DNA of 47,162 nt, taken from contig NW_014577088.1 in assembly GCF_000485595.1 (NCBI RefSeq), forward strand, positions 636,071 through 683,232, read 5' to 3'. This DNA is from Priapulus caudatus (Eukaryota). The stretch's first letter is position 1. Each line of letters begins with the position of its first letter. The notes below the pieces were generated by a model, which was given only the letters and a program-made list of their open reading frames with translations, had not been told where the DNA came from and ran no database searches. Made by a program: the position numbers and the translations under genes. This document shows, in pieces, positions 1 to 12,164 of the stretch.

Positions 1-608
1 GCGCAACACACGGTACAGTGAATGCCAGTGTCATAGTGAAGACGGCTGCACCCCCCCCCCCCCCCTCCCCCCCCCCCCCCCCCCCCCCCTTACTCGGATA
101 GGCTGCACGCGTGTAAGTAATTGATTCGATAGTACGAGTGACAACTCTGGCCGTCAGCATCTGCTGCTGATCTGATTAAATAGCCTAATTAGCAATCATC
201 GCGACGCCCCGACTAAGAATGTCATTAGTATTGTTTCTGTTGATTTCGCTTGGCTAACAATGTTTCAAAGCTGATCATAGGAGACCAGGTCTGGTGCCTG
301 CGGGCTAGACCCGCATATAACACGTAACAGTCGCATGCAAAACCTGCAGAGCATCATTACACGCTGAACGCGTCTTATCGCGTTTCATAGTCTGTAGTCT
401 TTATACGTAGTTCGCAGTCCTTACTGAGCGACCCATTTATGTTTTATCGATATTAAGAGTTACGATTATCGAGGCCTCGTATGCTTATGGCATCTTTTGA
501 ATAAGACTAAACGAAGATAGACGCTGATGTGCGTGGGACATTACTCCCATCTATATCGATCATATCGTATGCGTTTATGTAACAAGATATTCTGTTTGTC
601 TTGGCCAG

Positions 609-2907
609 CTCGTCTCACTAGACCACGCCAGCGCCGCAAGGGGCGACCAATTACTGGCGTTGGCTCTCGCAGCTACTTAAGATGGCCAAGCCAGTAAGGC
701 AGCCGGACAATTTCAGGTATGATCTGTCAGACGATCCAGAGTGACGGGTTTCGTTCGCTGGTCTGCTCAGTCCGGATTGCTGTCAGTATTGGCCAGTGCG
801 ATGTGCTGACTGCGCATAGCCTGCTCGTGGCAAATCGCCGTACTTTCCTCGTGCGGGCATTGCGGATATCGCCTCTAACTTACATATGCAAAATACAAGT
901 CGTTAGCTAGCTAGGAATAGCAGTAATGCGTTTTGCGTTTCAAGAGCGAAAAGCGTATATTATATTATATATATATATATCGAATATATATGTAGTGATT
1001 TCAAAAATGAGTTTAACAACAATTTCTGAGACTAGATTGACTAAAAATGGCCCGGATGATTGAGGGACAAATATTATAAACGTATTTCATATCGTCTGCA
1101 AAATTACAGACAAACTAGGCACGTTATGGGTTCAATTAGGCTGGTTAGCAACGACTGCCATATAGAGAGCTTTATCTAACTATCGCAAAGGCTGCTAAGC
1201 CCGACTAAACGAATTAAAAGGGAATCAAATTAATTCTGTGTTAATTAATCATGATGTGTTGCAATGAGGTAAGTGGCATTTATTTAAGTTTCAGCAAGTG
1301 TATAGAAGATCCGTTGTAGCAATAATTCTGTGCAGGGCGATGAGAACAAAAGAACTAACGCCGTAACAGCCGAGAGCAACACTTTAGTACAGAGAGCCGA
1401 GGATATAATTTGTTGCATTTTTTGGCCAAAACTATGAAAATTAGCACATATGTAGTTACTTAACTGTCTACTATACGGTTTATGATTCGTACTTTGCATT
1501 TTTGCCCACCAGCTTCTGAGATGACAGCAACAGCAAACACTCGAAGCTCTGCAAGAGGCAGTAGTTAACAAAAACAACAACGCTAAGACCGACGTTCCGC
1601 GTAATATGGAATCCACCACGTAGAGGCGGCGGGCTGCGTCATGTTCAGGTGCGTGTGGCACGTTATATTTCAACAATCGCTGCTGTAGAAGGATAGATAT
1701 TTAGTTAGTTTCTGTAGCATGCCCTGGAGAACCGGAGCGCGTGAAACTATTTTCTTTTTGACGCGAGCAAGCAACAATACCATAACGCGAAAAGGGAACA
1801 TTAACGCCTAGCCACTAAGAACTCAACTCTTAAACACTAGCCACTGTCGCGCGCGGAATCCGAATCTAAAATCCTCGGCGCACGATTTAGTATCGAGAAT
1901 TACCCGTTTGCAGACTCCGGGGCTGCGGGTATTAAGACGCTAATCTTCCGTACTCGACGAAATAGCCCGCAAATCCGCATTTTAGTAATGCGTGTCAATC
2001 ACGTAACGACGATTATCTATATACCTCGGCGGTGTCCGGCACACACTAAGTAATGACGGCCGTCATAATTCTCCCAGCCGCTCGTTGCCTGTGAACCACA
2101 AGTGAGTATTACGAGGCGAGGGTGGCCTCACCACCATTAGCTGTGCGAGGAGGGGACGACCCACCTCCTCCCGGTGAACAACCGCAATGCCGGAGAACCA
2201 GCGGTAAGGAGGACAGACTACGGGCACGCGCCCGCACGGCGACGCAGCCAGGCGAAAGCAATCGCTGTGCAATAGCGACGAAGCCAAGTACGAAATTACT
2301 GTTCGAGTGGAAATCTGGTCAAGAAACACGCATCGAAGACTTTCGCCGACAGTACGTGTAATTGCGCCTTTTTTGATCGCAGCATTACGTTAAATTGTGT
2401 TTCCAATAGCGGTGTTCGCTGACTTTGTGCGATGACATGTTCTGCGATGTTACCACTACATTTGCTGTCCAAACCCATGCTTCCCTTTATACATTTTTAA
2501 TTTGTGTTTGTGTTTTAATGAGGTGTGTTATAAGCGTGCGTTAATTAGTGTTCCCGTGTCCTCTCTATATTAGTGTTCCGTTTCGACTTATATATGTTCC
2601 GTGTTCTCTCTTATATTAGTGTTCCGTGTACTTCTATATTAGTATGTTCCTGTACTTCTATATTGCGTGCTTCCGTTCTTCTTATATTGGGTTCAGTGTT
2701 CAGTGTATGCGTGTCTCTTACGTGTCATGCGGCTAAGCGCGAGTAATTTCTAGTTGACAGAATGAGTGCTCATTCACTGGTCTAACATCATTGGGCGACC
2801 CACAGCAGTCATTACGACTAGTGCGAGATTGGCGCTACGCCTCCGACGCGCCCAAGCAAATAGCAGAATTAGAGTTACTAGCGACTGGAGCCGAACTGAA
2901 ATCCGAG
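609..2907 (+). pseudogene. SPON1: Frameshifted copies of F-spondin exons 2-5 (about 609-716, 1513-1648, 2078-2351, 2761-2907)
   Basis: Splice sites retained (cag|gtatga, cag|gtgcgt, aca|gtacgt); fragments such as LIHWSNIIG, YASD..KQIAE and AELKSE lie in shifting frames. Confidence 0.8.
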
Positions 2908-3176
2908 GTCGCGCGCGGTATCGCCGCTCTCCGGCTTTGCCCATCTTATGCAATTTGTAGTGACAATGACAATCTTGTCATAAAGAGCTGTTGCGTTGCC
3001 GTGGTGTTGTTGTGTGTGTGTGTGTGTTGTGTGTGTGTTGTGTGTGGCTGTGTGCGGGTGTGTGCATGTGTCCCGTGCGTGCGTCGCGTAGCGTGGCCTG
3101 TTGCGAGGTATGTGTCGCGTGTGTGTGGTGTTGTGTGTTTGTGTGCTGTGTGGTGTGTGTGTGTGTGTGTGTGTGT

Positions 3177-3217
<41 letters not shown>

Positions 3218-5606
3218 TGTGTGTGTGTGTGTGTCATAGTTGAAGTCTTAATGCGTATCCGGGAATCGTTCTGCGCGAACATTTTAACATTCGACTACTT
3301 CTAACATCGCCTCGTTTTTCAATTAAAACGTCACAATCGCAGCGCGCCAATTCATGTAATATGCAAAGCATTACACCTCAACAGAGCGGTAAACATTATC
3401 TTCCCTGTTATTTCCGTGTGCAGTAAGATGCACAGAATTGAAGCTGTACGGTTCCGCATACCGTGTTTGTCGTCTATATAATATAATAATAACCACAAAT
3501 AATACGGTGTCGTATTTTTATCTTATTCTTACTAGCCTGCATAGCGACGTATATTGGCGCCACGAAACCGTTCGGTGAAATGAGTAAATTATGCTCGTAT
3601 TGTGCAGTTAGCATACACCTCTTGTTAAAATGACAGAGATGCAGGGGACCTATAGTATACGCGTCCTTTAATCACAGAATTATTTCAGAGCAAGTCTGTC
3701 GCTATCGGAAGTTTGTACGTGATAAACCCTCAGGGGCTAACTGTTTATCAATGTCAAAGCGCAATGAGAACGCTGCTCCATAACGAGTGTCTCATTGGAT
3801 GACGTTATCAATGAATGCATTGGTCCTCTCGGGATGTGGCGCAATTCTGAGCAAAAAAGCATTCATAACGCATGAAGAGGCAACGTAATTTCGATGAAAA
3901 TCGAAGTTCTATAAAGAATTATATGCGGTTCAGATTTCTCGTGTGTTTCTCCAAGTTAATTTGCGTGTGATTGTATTCAATTCTCAAGCGTCGCGTCATT
4001 AAAATGGATGAGCTAGCCGGTCGCTATATGTACATATATATATCATGCTTTTCAAACGAACCAGCAGCGAAGCTGGCTTACACGACCGCAACATCACGCA
4101 CGTATGCAATGTGACGCATGATGCAAGGTTACGCATGACGCGAACGTGACGCACCGGCGCAACATCACGCCACGACGCCATGCGACGCTATGATGCAAGG
4201 TTAGCGCAAAATAACCGACGTGACGCACTGCGTTCACTACGCATGCGCGCTCGGCGCCTACTGGCCGATGTTAGACGGCCTCCTGGCATGATCTGGCAAC
4301 CGGCAACACGACCAAGCCGTATCGTGACGCACCGTCGAAACGTGGCGCCACAGCTACGTACATAGACGCGCAGGCGCAATGACACGCAAACGCACGACGC
4401 CGCCGCCCACAATACATGACGCTTACGGCGTAGGCACACGTAACCGCATCCGTCGACGCACTTGACACTCGGCGACGATGCGAGGACGAATGCGCGGCGA
4501 CGTGACTCGTTCGTACGGCGGAGGGCAAATTTGAACTATGGACAGCGTTGCTGAGCAGCTGCCTATCATCTGGTGTCTTCTTCCTTCTGCGAAGGCTTTC
4601 TTGCCTACGAAGGCTTCTCTGTAAAAGCCTTCTCCTTGCGAAAGCTTTCTCCTCTGCGAAGGCCTTCCTCTTCTGCGAAGAACTTCTCTCCCTGTGAAGC
4701 TTTCTCCTGCAAAGGCTTCTCCCTGAGAAGAACGCTTTTTCCTCGCAAAGCCTTCATTCCTCCTGCGAAGGCTTCCTCTCTGCCAAGGCACTTCCCCCTT
4801 ACTAACCACGAGGCCGACGTCTTACAGCGACGTCTGTACAGCTTCTCACTGCTCGCGCCGAATTCATATTTTTAGCGTCGACTGGTAACCCCGCAATATA
4901 ATATCGCACGGCGATTCGATCACCGGGCGAAGCAAAAAACACGTGCGTCTCGCAGTAGGGACGAAAAAACCTGCCGTAATAGCGCCGAGGGAGATTTAAT
5001 TGTGCCGGCGAGAAATGCCGCCTGCGTGCCGGTCACTGCGAGAGAGAGAGATAGAGAGAGAGGAGCGTGGATTGTGCGAGCGAAGGAGCTCGAGCTGCTT
5101 GCGCCGGAAAGCGGGAGGCTTTCCCTCCTCGGCGTGCATTGTCTTTTGCTCGGCTTGCCTTCGAAATTTACGAGACGTCTAAAGCCGTCGCGTTGAAATT
5201 ATTACAAAAAGCGAAATATTGCGAGTCTTTGTGACGTCAGAACTAAACGCGCCGCACGCGCGCGCTTGTGTATGCGCGCGCATTTGGGTATATGGTAGCA
5301 CGTGCCTTCGTGTGTACGCGCATATGTGCGCCTTGTGTGTGTGTGTGTGTGTGGCTGTGTGTGTTGTGTTGTGTGTGTGTGTGTGCGTGTGTGTGTGTGT
5401 TTGTGTGTGTGTTGTGTTCGTGTGTGTGTGTGTGTACGCGCGCGTGGTGTACGTTCGCTGGGCGTATGTGCTTCGCGTGCTGTGTGTATGCACGTGGCTG
5501 CGCGCGCTACTGCAATGAGAGCAGGCCGAGCTGAGGTCACAAAATGTCAAATCTACGTTTTAACTGCTGCTGACCATCACCAGCACCCACCCGTTTCCTT
5601 CTACAG

Positions 5607-6355
5607 TCCAACAACATTCGAACGATCGTGAAGTGGCGCGCGGTCTCTGTTACCAACGTTTCGTCGGCGAAGAGCTACGCCACGGCCCGCACGGACGCGC
5701 GCCACCATCTCCTGTCCATGCTTAGCATGCTCGCCGAGCCCCGACTGGACGCGTCGGGCGTCAGTGCGCTTGACCTTCTGCCTGCCCAACTGTTCGTGGG
5801 TGGAGAACAAAGTAGTGAATCTACGCCCCATCGACATGGGGACGGACAGCGGCACCTCCTACATGGTGAGGCGTACATAGATCCAAACTCTCTTTCTCTT
5901 CGAGGAAAGGGGGCTAGGGAATTTAGATTGCGGTATGATTAGCACAGTCGAGTCGCGAGGGATTCGCTGCGAGGACATGATATTAACAAGTCTATTATTC
6001 ATTATTCATATATCGTATATCATATATCATTATTTCATAACAAGTTATTATTCATTAGACAAATTCTGTGTAGTGTAATGCGCGATGCAATGCGATAACG
6101 TTTTGCGTTGAAAGTGTCAACTGGTCCGCCCGTGGGCCTCCCGAAATCTATTCGTACATCAACGCGACCTTCACATATTCGATCGTACTTCTTCTGTTAG
6201 CTTTGTCATATTTTTTCTTTTACATACAGTGACATTGCCCCAGACAAATGTACCGTACGTACTTACTACATCAATTCTATACGTTTGGAATCGGGTCTGC
6301 TTCAAGGGATGTGTGCATGAGACGAAAATCCTTGCTTGTGTGGTGTGTGTGTGTG

Positions 6356-6410
<55 letters not shown>

Positions 6411-6743
6411 GGGGTTCGCGCGTGCGTGTGTGCGTGTGTGCGTGCGTATATATATATATATATTATATATAACGTGTCCGCCTTTGCTCACAGTCCGTCA
6501 ACCAGCCGACGATACCCAGGAGCCGATTACGGGCATCACCAGCGCACACCCAAACAAACCCATCCTCTCCGTTCTGGAGCGCGAGAGTGGCGAGGAGATC
6601 CCTCGCTAGCAAGCTAACGCATAGAGAGTGAACGGACTCTACGAGCGGCCGCTGCGAGCGTCGTCTATGTATTCTCGAGGACGACGATGACGATGGCCGA
6701 CGACGGAGGAGTCGATGTGGGCATGATGAAACCGAAGGAACAT
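5607..6743 (+). pseudogene. SPON1: Frameshifted copies of F-spondin exon 6 (5607-5865) and exon 7 (6494-6743)
   Basis: KSYATARTD..HHLLSMLSML..GVSALDL and QEPI.GITSAHPN visible in broken ORFs; splice sites retained. Confidence 0.8.
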
Positions 6744-8040
6744 GTAATAATTACTTATTACGTTGTCGTGTATATTTGTCAGTAGTGTGGAGAGCATGCA
6801 TCATCGTAATAGCTAGAGTACGTATAGACTCTAGCGTTTATGTGCTTTTGACATTATAATCGGAAGTAACACCGCGTAGTAAACCGGATGCCCGTGGCGT
6901 CGTAGTATTTACTAAGCTTTTTTGTGCGTCCTCCAATTACGCGCGCAATTATATATGCTGCTCAGAATAATTTATGTCCACAATGAAATCCTCTTAACCA
7001 TAGCAGTGTAGACGGTAATCGGATCGACTGCCCATAAACGAAACGAGTCGAGTTTAAGTAATGAAATGCCCGTGAGCGTTTGAACCTCCCCTTCCATGCA
7101 TGCACGCACGCGATGAGTACAGTATAATGGAAAGCCAATGCAAGGAGTGGCAAAAACATTGCTATGGCACAGCGACTATCATTACATTCACCAGCAGGCA
7201 CGTACTTAAAGCATTTATTCTCGGCGCATCGAATAGATTTATTCCACATAAAATTAATGACGGCTATAATTATTTTCATTGAACAGCGAGACTATCTTCC
7301 GTAGAGAGCCGGAGGTGGATTAAAGATTAGTATGCAATGAGAAAAACTTTCATTCACGATTGGTAATTGTGGAAAACCTTCGAATTGTTGAATAGAAGTT
7401 AAGCCAGAGAACGCTTCGGTGACATTAGCTAGAACCACGAGGTTTAACCGTGTGACGCGGAGCAGACAAACCAAAGGCTTACGCTTTGCACGTGAAACGA
7501 ACATTCGGTTACAGTCTCTTTGATGTTTATGAATTTTAATATTGTTTGTACACAATAATATAAGTGTGAGATGAATATGTGTCATGATCATGCTATGCAC
7601 GCGCATATCATACTACCAGGGGTGAATTATGACATTAAAAATGTGGTCATTATTCACTCCTGATATTATGCATGATATACTAATGCACACGCAAAACAAA
7701 TGTGATCGCACGAGATAATAGAAGTGTCAGCTTCTTTGACGTAAAGCGCGCATGATACTCGTTGTGTCCGCTTCACTGACCAAACAGATTTTTGTTAAAA
7801 CAATAACCTTGGCAATTCGGGAGGCTAGCGCCAGCTTTTGCTTGCATATAAGCCGAAGGGTTGCGACAGACGAGACAGCTTGCTCGCATGTATTCCATAG
7901 ACAGGTTCACTCTGCTCCTGTAGGAACCTTCTAGTGTATTTAGTACACGAAGAGTGGTAGTGGTAGGCTTCCGTACCACTGGGGTTTCGCTGATAGACTT
8001 GACCGGCCTCGCTGACCTGTAGCGGCGCGGTTCGCCAGTT

Positions 8041-8269
8041 GCATAATTTTTTTTCCCACTTGAGTTCCGGACCCACCATAGATAGTGTTTTGTAATATAT
8101 GGTTCGTATATATATGGTTGGATTATAGTTAGTGTTAGCGTTCGGTTACGGGTTAGGGTTAGTGTTAGGGATAGGGTATTCATTTTACATTGTTGCTTCG
8201 AGGAAGTCGAGTGAATGGAGTGCGCTGATTGGCTGTGGTCCGGAACTCAAGTGGGAAAAAAAATTCCGC
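8041..8269. mobile_element. MITE with about 33-bp TIRs and an internal degenerate (TTAGGG)n tract; Mutator-like
   Basis: gcataattttttttcccacttgagttccggacc ... ggtccggaactcaagtgggaaaaaaaattccgc; TTAGGG-like tract 8128-8177; flanking 9-mers tcgccagtt/tgcccggtt match 6/9. Confidence 0.7.
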
Positions 8270-9238
8270 TGCCCGGTTATAGTGTGAAATACTTGTAAAT
8301 GACTCTCGAAATTGGGAGGCAGCTTAAAAGTGAATAGTTCAGTTCTTTTAGTATGGGATTGTATGTGTGTATGTATCTTTATCGACCCAACAGAGACTTT
8401 ACTTCTGTCAAGTTTGAATTCTATGCTGTGAACCATTGTTAGTTCGGCAGAAAAACTCTAGAACTTGATTTTCTACAAGAACTGCTGTGGGGTCTCTACC
8501 TTCGCACCATGTGATTTCTTTATTTGCCGTGAATGTCTCTTCTTTTGCGAGTCATGCAATGGCGAATGCTGTTGCTCTGGAGTCAATAAACTTTGCAATC
8601 CCGACGGAAATCGTCACCGCACTGCAATGTTCATGTATTCGAACGTTTGGAATCACCGCGGCTCTCCCGCAATCCAGCGATCGTTCCATTACGACTTTAC
8701 CTGGCGGGACCCAGGCCACGCCCGTCTCCGGAAGTAGTTTCTCCCCGGACACACCGTATAATCAATCACGGACAGCCGACTGATTAACCACAATATCGCG
8801 GCGACAACGACCACGAGGTGGCGGTGGGGGGCGCTACAGTCGCGACATCAAACAAAAGGTGTGTTTCTCACTACTCGACAATCGCTGCAAATTTTCGGCA
8901 TCCTTGTATTACGTTATTATAATTCTTTTTCCGAAAAAGATTTCAAGCCCCTCGATCTCGTACAACGATCTTGTCGTGTCCTTTGTAGTTCTCCTGGAGT
9001 TATCTTGGATCCTGGAGTTATCTGTTAGATTGGTTATCTCACAAACTGCTAGGTAGATAACAACCTGTCTACATAGCCAAGCAATTAAGCAATAAAAGAG
9101 TTTCACAAGAAAACGTCTTCATCTATTTGCCCACCTACAACTTTCATTTTAATCTAACCGAAAAACGCACAAATTTTTTCTTGACCCAACTAAACCCATT
9201 TCATCCCTGGAAGTTATGTATAACGGATGCATGCTCAC

Positions 9239-9351
9239 CTTGTTCACGTACATACGGCCACGGAAGCTCATGCCTTTTCCGCACGTCTCACTGCATTCAG
9301 ACCAAGCTGTCCACTCTGTTGTCGCGCAAGCGTCTGCTCGCAGCTCGTACC
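9239..9351 (-). CDS. SPON1: F-spondin exon 10 (first half of TSR1 repeat 3)
   Basis: ccttctaacaccag| ...DACATTEWTAWSECSETCGKGMSFRGRMYVNK |gtgagc; WxxW-CSxTCG-RxR motif. Not in the ORF track. Confidence 0.85.
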
Positions 9352-9678
9352 CTGGTGTTAGAAGGACAGAGGGACAGTGTCATACGCACATCTGGAGATT
9401 ACAGGGTTCTTCATGCGAAAGGAAAACAGCAACATCACCAACGTCAATTTGTTCTCAGCAAACGAATCCAAGTAAATGTACTGTCTTGACTGGCTTCGTC
9501 CATAAAAGTCTAGAATTAATTGCCCGTCACTTCAATCAATAACACGGATGCTAGTTGTTAACGCAAAAAATATCTGCTACATCACAAAACCGCCATAGAT
9601 GCACCCGCTCAAACCAGCTTTACGCGCTGAAAGCTGCCGAGAAAGGTAAGTCCTTTAAGTCGAGTAAATCGTGCTTGC

Positions 9679-9845
9679 CTCATTACACTCTGTCTTTCAG
9701 CAGATTAACCTCGCATCCCATCATACCGCACCAACGTCGTCCTCGTACTGCCTGGCTCGAAGCCTGCATTGCCTGACCAGCAGGGTGGCGCTGCATGGGG
9801 TCCAAGTCCGACCAGTGGGTCACAGCGCATTTCGGACTCGGCATA
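9679..9845 (-). CDS. SPON1: F-spondin exon 9 (TSR1 repeat 2), with apparent sequencing indels
   Basis: cgcacacag| MPSPKCAVTHWSD(W)TPCSAT(CG)Q..RLRARQYEDD..GCEVNLL..ECNE across frameshifts; 3' boundary uncertain (GAG|GCAAGC). Confidence 0.75.
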
Positions 9846-10556
9846 CTGTGTGCGGATATAATAATAATTCATTCTCTGTTTACGGACTCTATTTGTTATT
9901 ATCTGTTCTGTAAACGGGTAATATCGAATACGATATACAGGATGTGGTCGGATATAGTATGAGTAGGCCTATGAGCTCTCGATCACCGTGTGTCTGGCAG
10001 TGAACCAACTGAATGCGTCGTTTTAAGTTTTTAGCCGAACACTATAGTCAATTAGTCACGCACGATTTTCTTCTCACAGTTCATTACGGTTTCCATTCAT
10101 CAATGTGTCTGTTTATAAGATGCACACCACCGGGTACATCAATGTTCGACATATCGTATTTTACGTAGAACAGTGATATAACTGCAACAGAACAATCGGA
10201 TGCCGAATAACGGCACATAAAAAGCTAAAGTCAAGCAAAAAGCAAGCCAAACTTATAGTCGGCCATACTACAGGCCAGGCCACATTAAATGTAGCTCTCA
10301 CAGATGAAAGGTTTGGTATGTGAAAGATGGTCAGGTTAACCTTGTACACACCCACCGATAACAACTAATTTTGCGTATGTACCCATACAAAAACCTGCAA
10401 TCGTAGATAGCAAGAAGTCACACCCGAAAGTATCTACGGCAGACCAAGCATGAGCTTTAAACTTTGGTTCAGAAGGCAGTTACACATGTAAGAATATTGT
10501 AGCATAACAGTTATACTTGTACATGTATTTGAACAGTAAGGCACACGTGTACACAC

Positions 10557-10739
10557 TTTTCACAGTTGAGGCCGTCATACACGCCGTTTTCCTCCATGAG
10601 TTCCTTATTGGCAGACGCGGGCCATGTCAGGCTTGTAGTATGCGCGCTGCTAGTTGGCCATTCCCTTCCACAAGTGACGCTACAGTAGGACCAGTCGGAC
10701 CAAAGGAGTTCCGGCCGCATTTGTCGGAGACAGGCGGCA
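10557..10739 (-). CDS. SPON1: F-spondin exon 8 (TSR1 repeat 1), with apparent sequencing indels
   Basis: cacgtacag| ...WSDWSYCSVTCG...; with frame changes continues RAYYKPDMARVC and NKELME; donor gtgtgt. Confidence 0.8.
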
Positions 10740-10902
10740 CTGTACGTGAAGCGAGAAATTCACAATATCACATAGAATATCACGATTAATACAAAACGCA
10801 TCCTAGTAAATATTAACAAGCAAGCATATATTACTACTAATATTAAGAAATTGTTGTGTGTGTGTGTGCTGGTGTGTGTGCGTGCGTTGGTGTGTGCGTG
10901 TG

Positions 10903-10933
<31 letters not shown>

Positions 10934-11288
10934 ATGCATGGAGGGGGGCTTCAAACGCTCAGGCATTTCATTACTTAATACTGACTCGTTTTCGTTTATG
11001 CAGACGATCCGATTACGGTCTACACTGCTATGGTTAAGAGGATTTCATTGTGGACATAAATTATTCTGAGCAGCATATATAATTGCGCGCGTAATTGGAG
11101 GACGCACAAAAAAGCTTAGTAAATTACTTACGACGCCACGGGCATCCGGTTACTACGCGGTGTTACTTCCGATTATAATGTCAAGAGCACATAAACGCTA
11201 GAGTCTATACGTACTCTAGCTATTACGATGATGCATGCTCTCCACACTACTGACAAATATACACGACGACGTATAAGTGAATTATTAC

Positions 11289-11532
11289 ATGTTCCCTTCG
11301 GTTTCATCATGCCCACATCGACTCCTCCGTCGTCGCCATCGTCATCGTCGTCCTCGAATACATAGACGACGTCGCACGGCCGCTCGTAGAGTCGCTTCCT
11401 CTCTATGGTTAGCTTTGCTAGCGGAGGGATCTCCTCGCCACTCTCGCTCCAGAACGGAGAGGATGGGTTGTTTGGGTGTGCGCTGGTGATGCCGTAGATC
11501 GGCTCCTGGGGTATCGTCGGCTGGTTGACGGA
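11289..11532 (-). CDS. SPON1: F-spondin exon 7 (end of Spondin_N and acidic linker)
   Basis: tttgctcacag| SVNQPTIPQEPIYGITSAHPNNPSSPFWSESGEEIPPLAKLTIERKRLYERPCDVVYVFEDDDDDGDDGGVDVGMMKPKGT |gtaata; 244 bp. This frame is not in the ORF track; the donor is less certain than the acceptor. Confidence 0.9.
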
Positions 11533-12164
11533 CTGTGAGCAAAGGCGGACACGTTATATATAATATATATATATATTATACGCACGCACACACGCACACA
11601 CGCACGCGCGAAACCCCCGCACACACACACACACACACAACACACACCACACACACACCACAACACACACAACACACACACACACCACACAAGCGCAAGG
11701 ATTCGTCTCATGCACACATCGCCTTGAACAGACCCGATTTCCAAACGTATAGAATTGATGTAGTAAAGTACGTACGGTACATTTGTCTGGCAATGTCACT
11801 GTATGTAAAACGAAAAAATATGACAAGCTAACAGAAGAAAGTACGATCGAATATGTGAAGTCGGTTGATGTCACGAATAGATTTCGGGAGAGGCGGGCGG
11901 ACCAGTTGACACTTTCAACGCAAAACGTTTATCGCATTGCATCGCCGCATTACACTACACCAGAATTTGTCTAATGAATAATAACTTGTTATGAAATAAT
12001 GATATATGAATACGATATATGAATAATGAATAATAGACTTGTTAAATATCATGTCCTCGCACGAATCCCTCGCGACTCGAACTGTGCTAATCATACCGCA
12101 ATCTAAATTCCCTAGCCCCCTTTCCTCGAAGAGAAAGAGAGTTTGCGATCTATGTACGCCTCAC

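Larger units (their letters stand above)
1..7111 (+). repeat. Inverted, indel-rich copy of about 10925-19024 (likely assembly artefact)
   Basis: Bases 1-50 reverse-complement to 18973-19024 and 7040-7111 to about 10925-10995; the intervening exons, introns and minisatellites are colinear apart from the extra block 14676-16069 on the right side. Confidence 0.95.

Noticed and set aside
2791..3304. Cys/Val-rich and His/Thr-rich ORFs here and at other CA/GT tracts, resembling metal-binding proteins
   Set aside because: They are translations of dinucleotide microsatellites, open in several frames.
609..6743. A second functional F-spondin paralogue on the plus strand
   Set aside because: All exon copies are disrupted and introns are as similar as exons, so there is no sign of coding selection.
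7825..7917. Possible terminal exon on the minus strand (ctacag|EQSEPVYGIHASKLSRLSQPFGLYASKSWR*), in phase with exon 10
   Set aside because: No TSR cysteines or recognisable similarity; cannot be supported without transcript data.
8465..8737. Cys-rich 90-aa ORF as a candidate Kunitz or other domain
   Set aside because: Opposite strand to the gene, non-ATG start, and cysteine spacing matches no domain I recognise.
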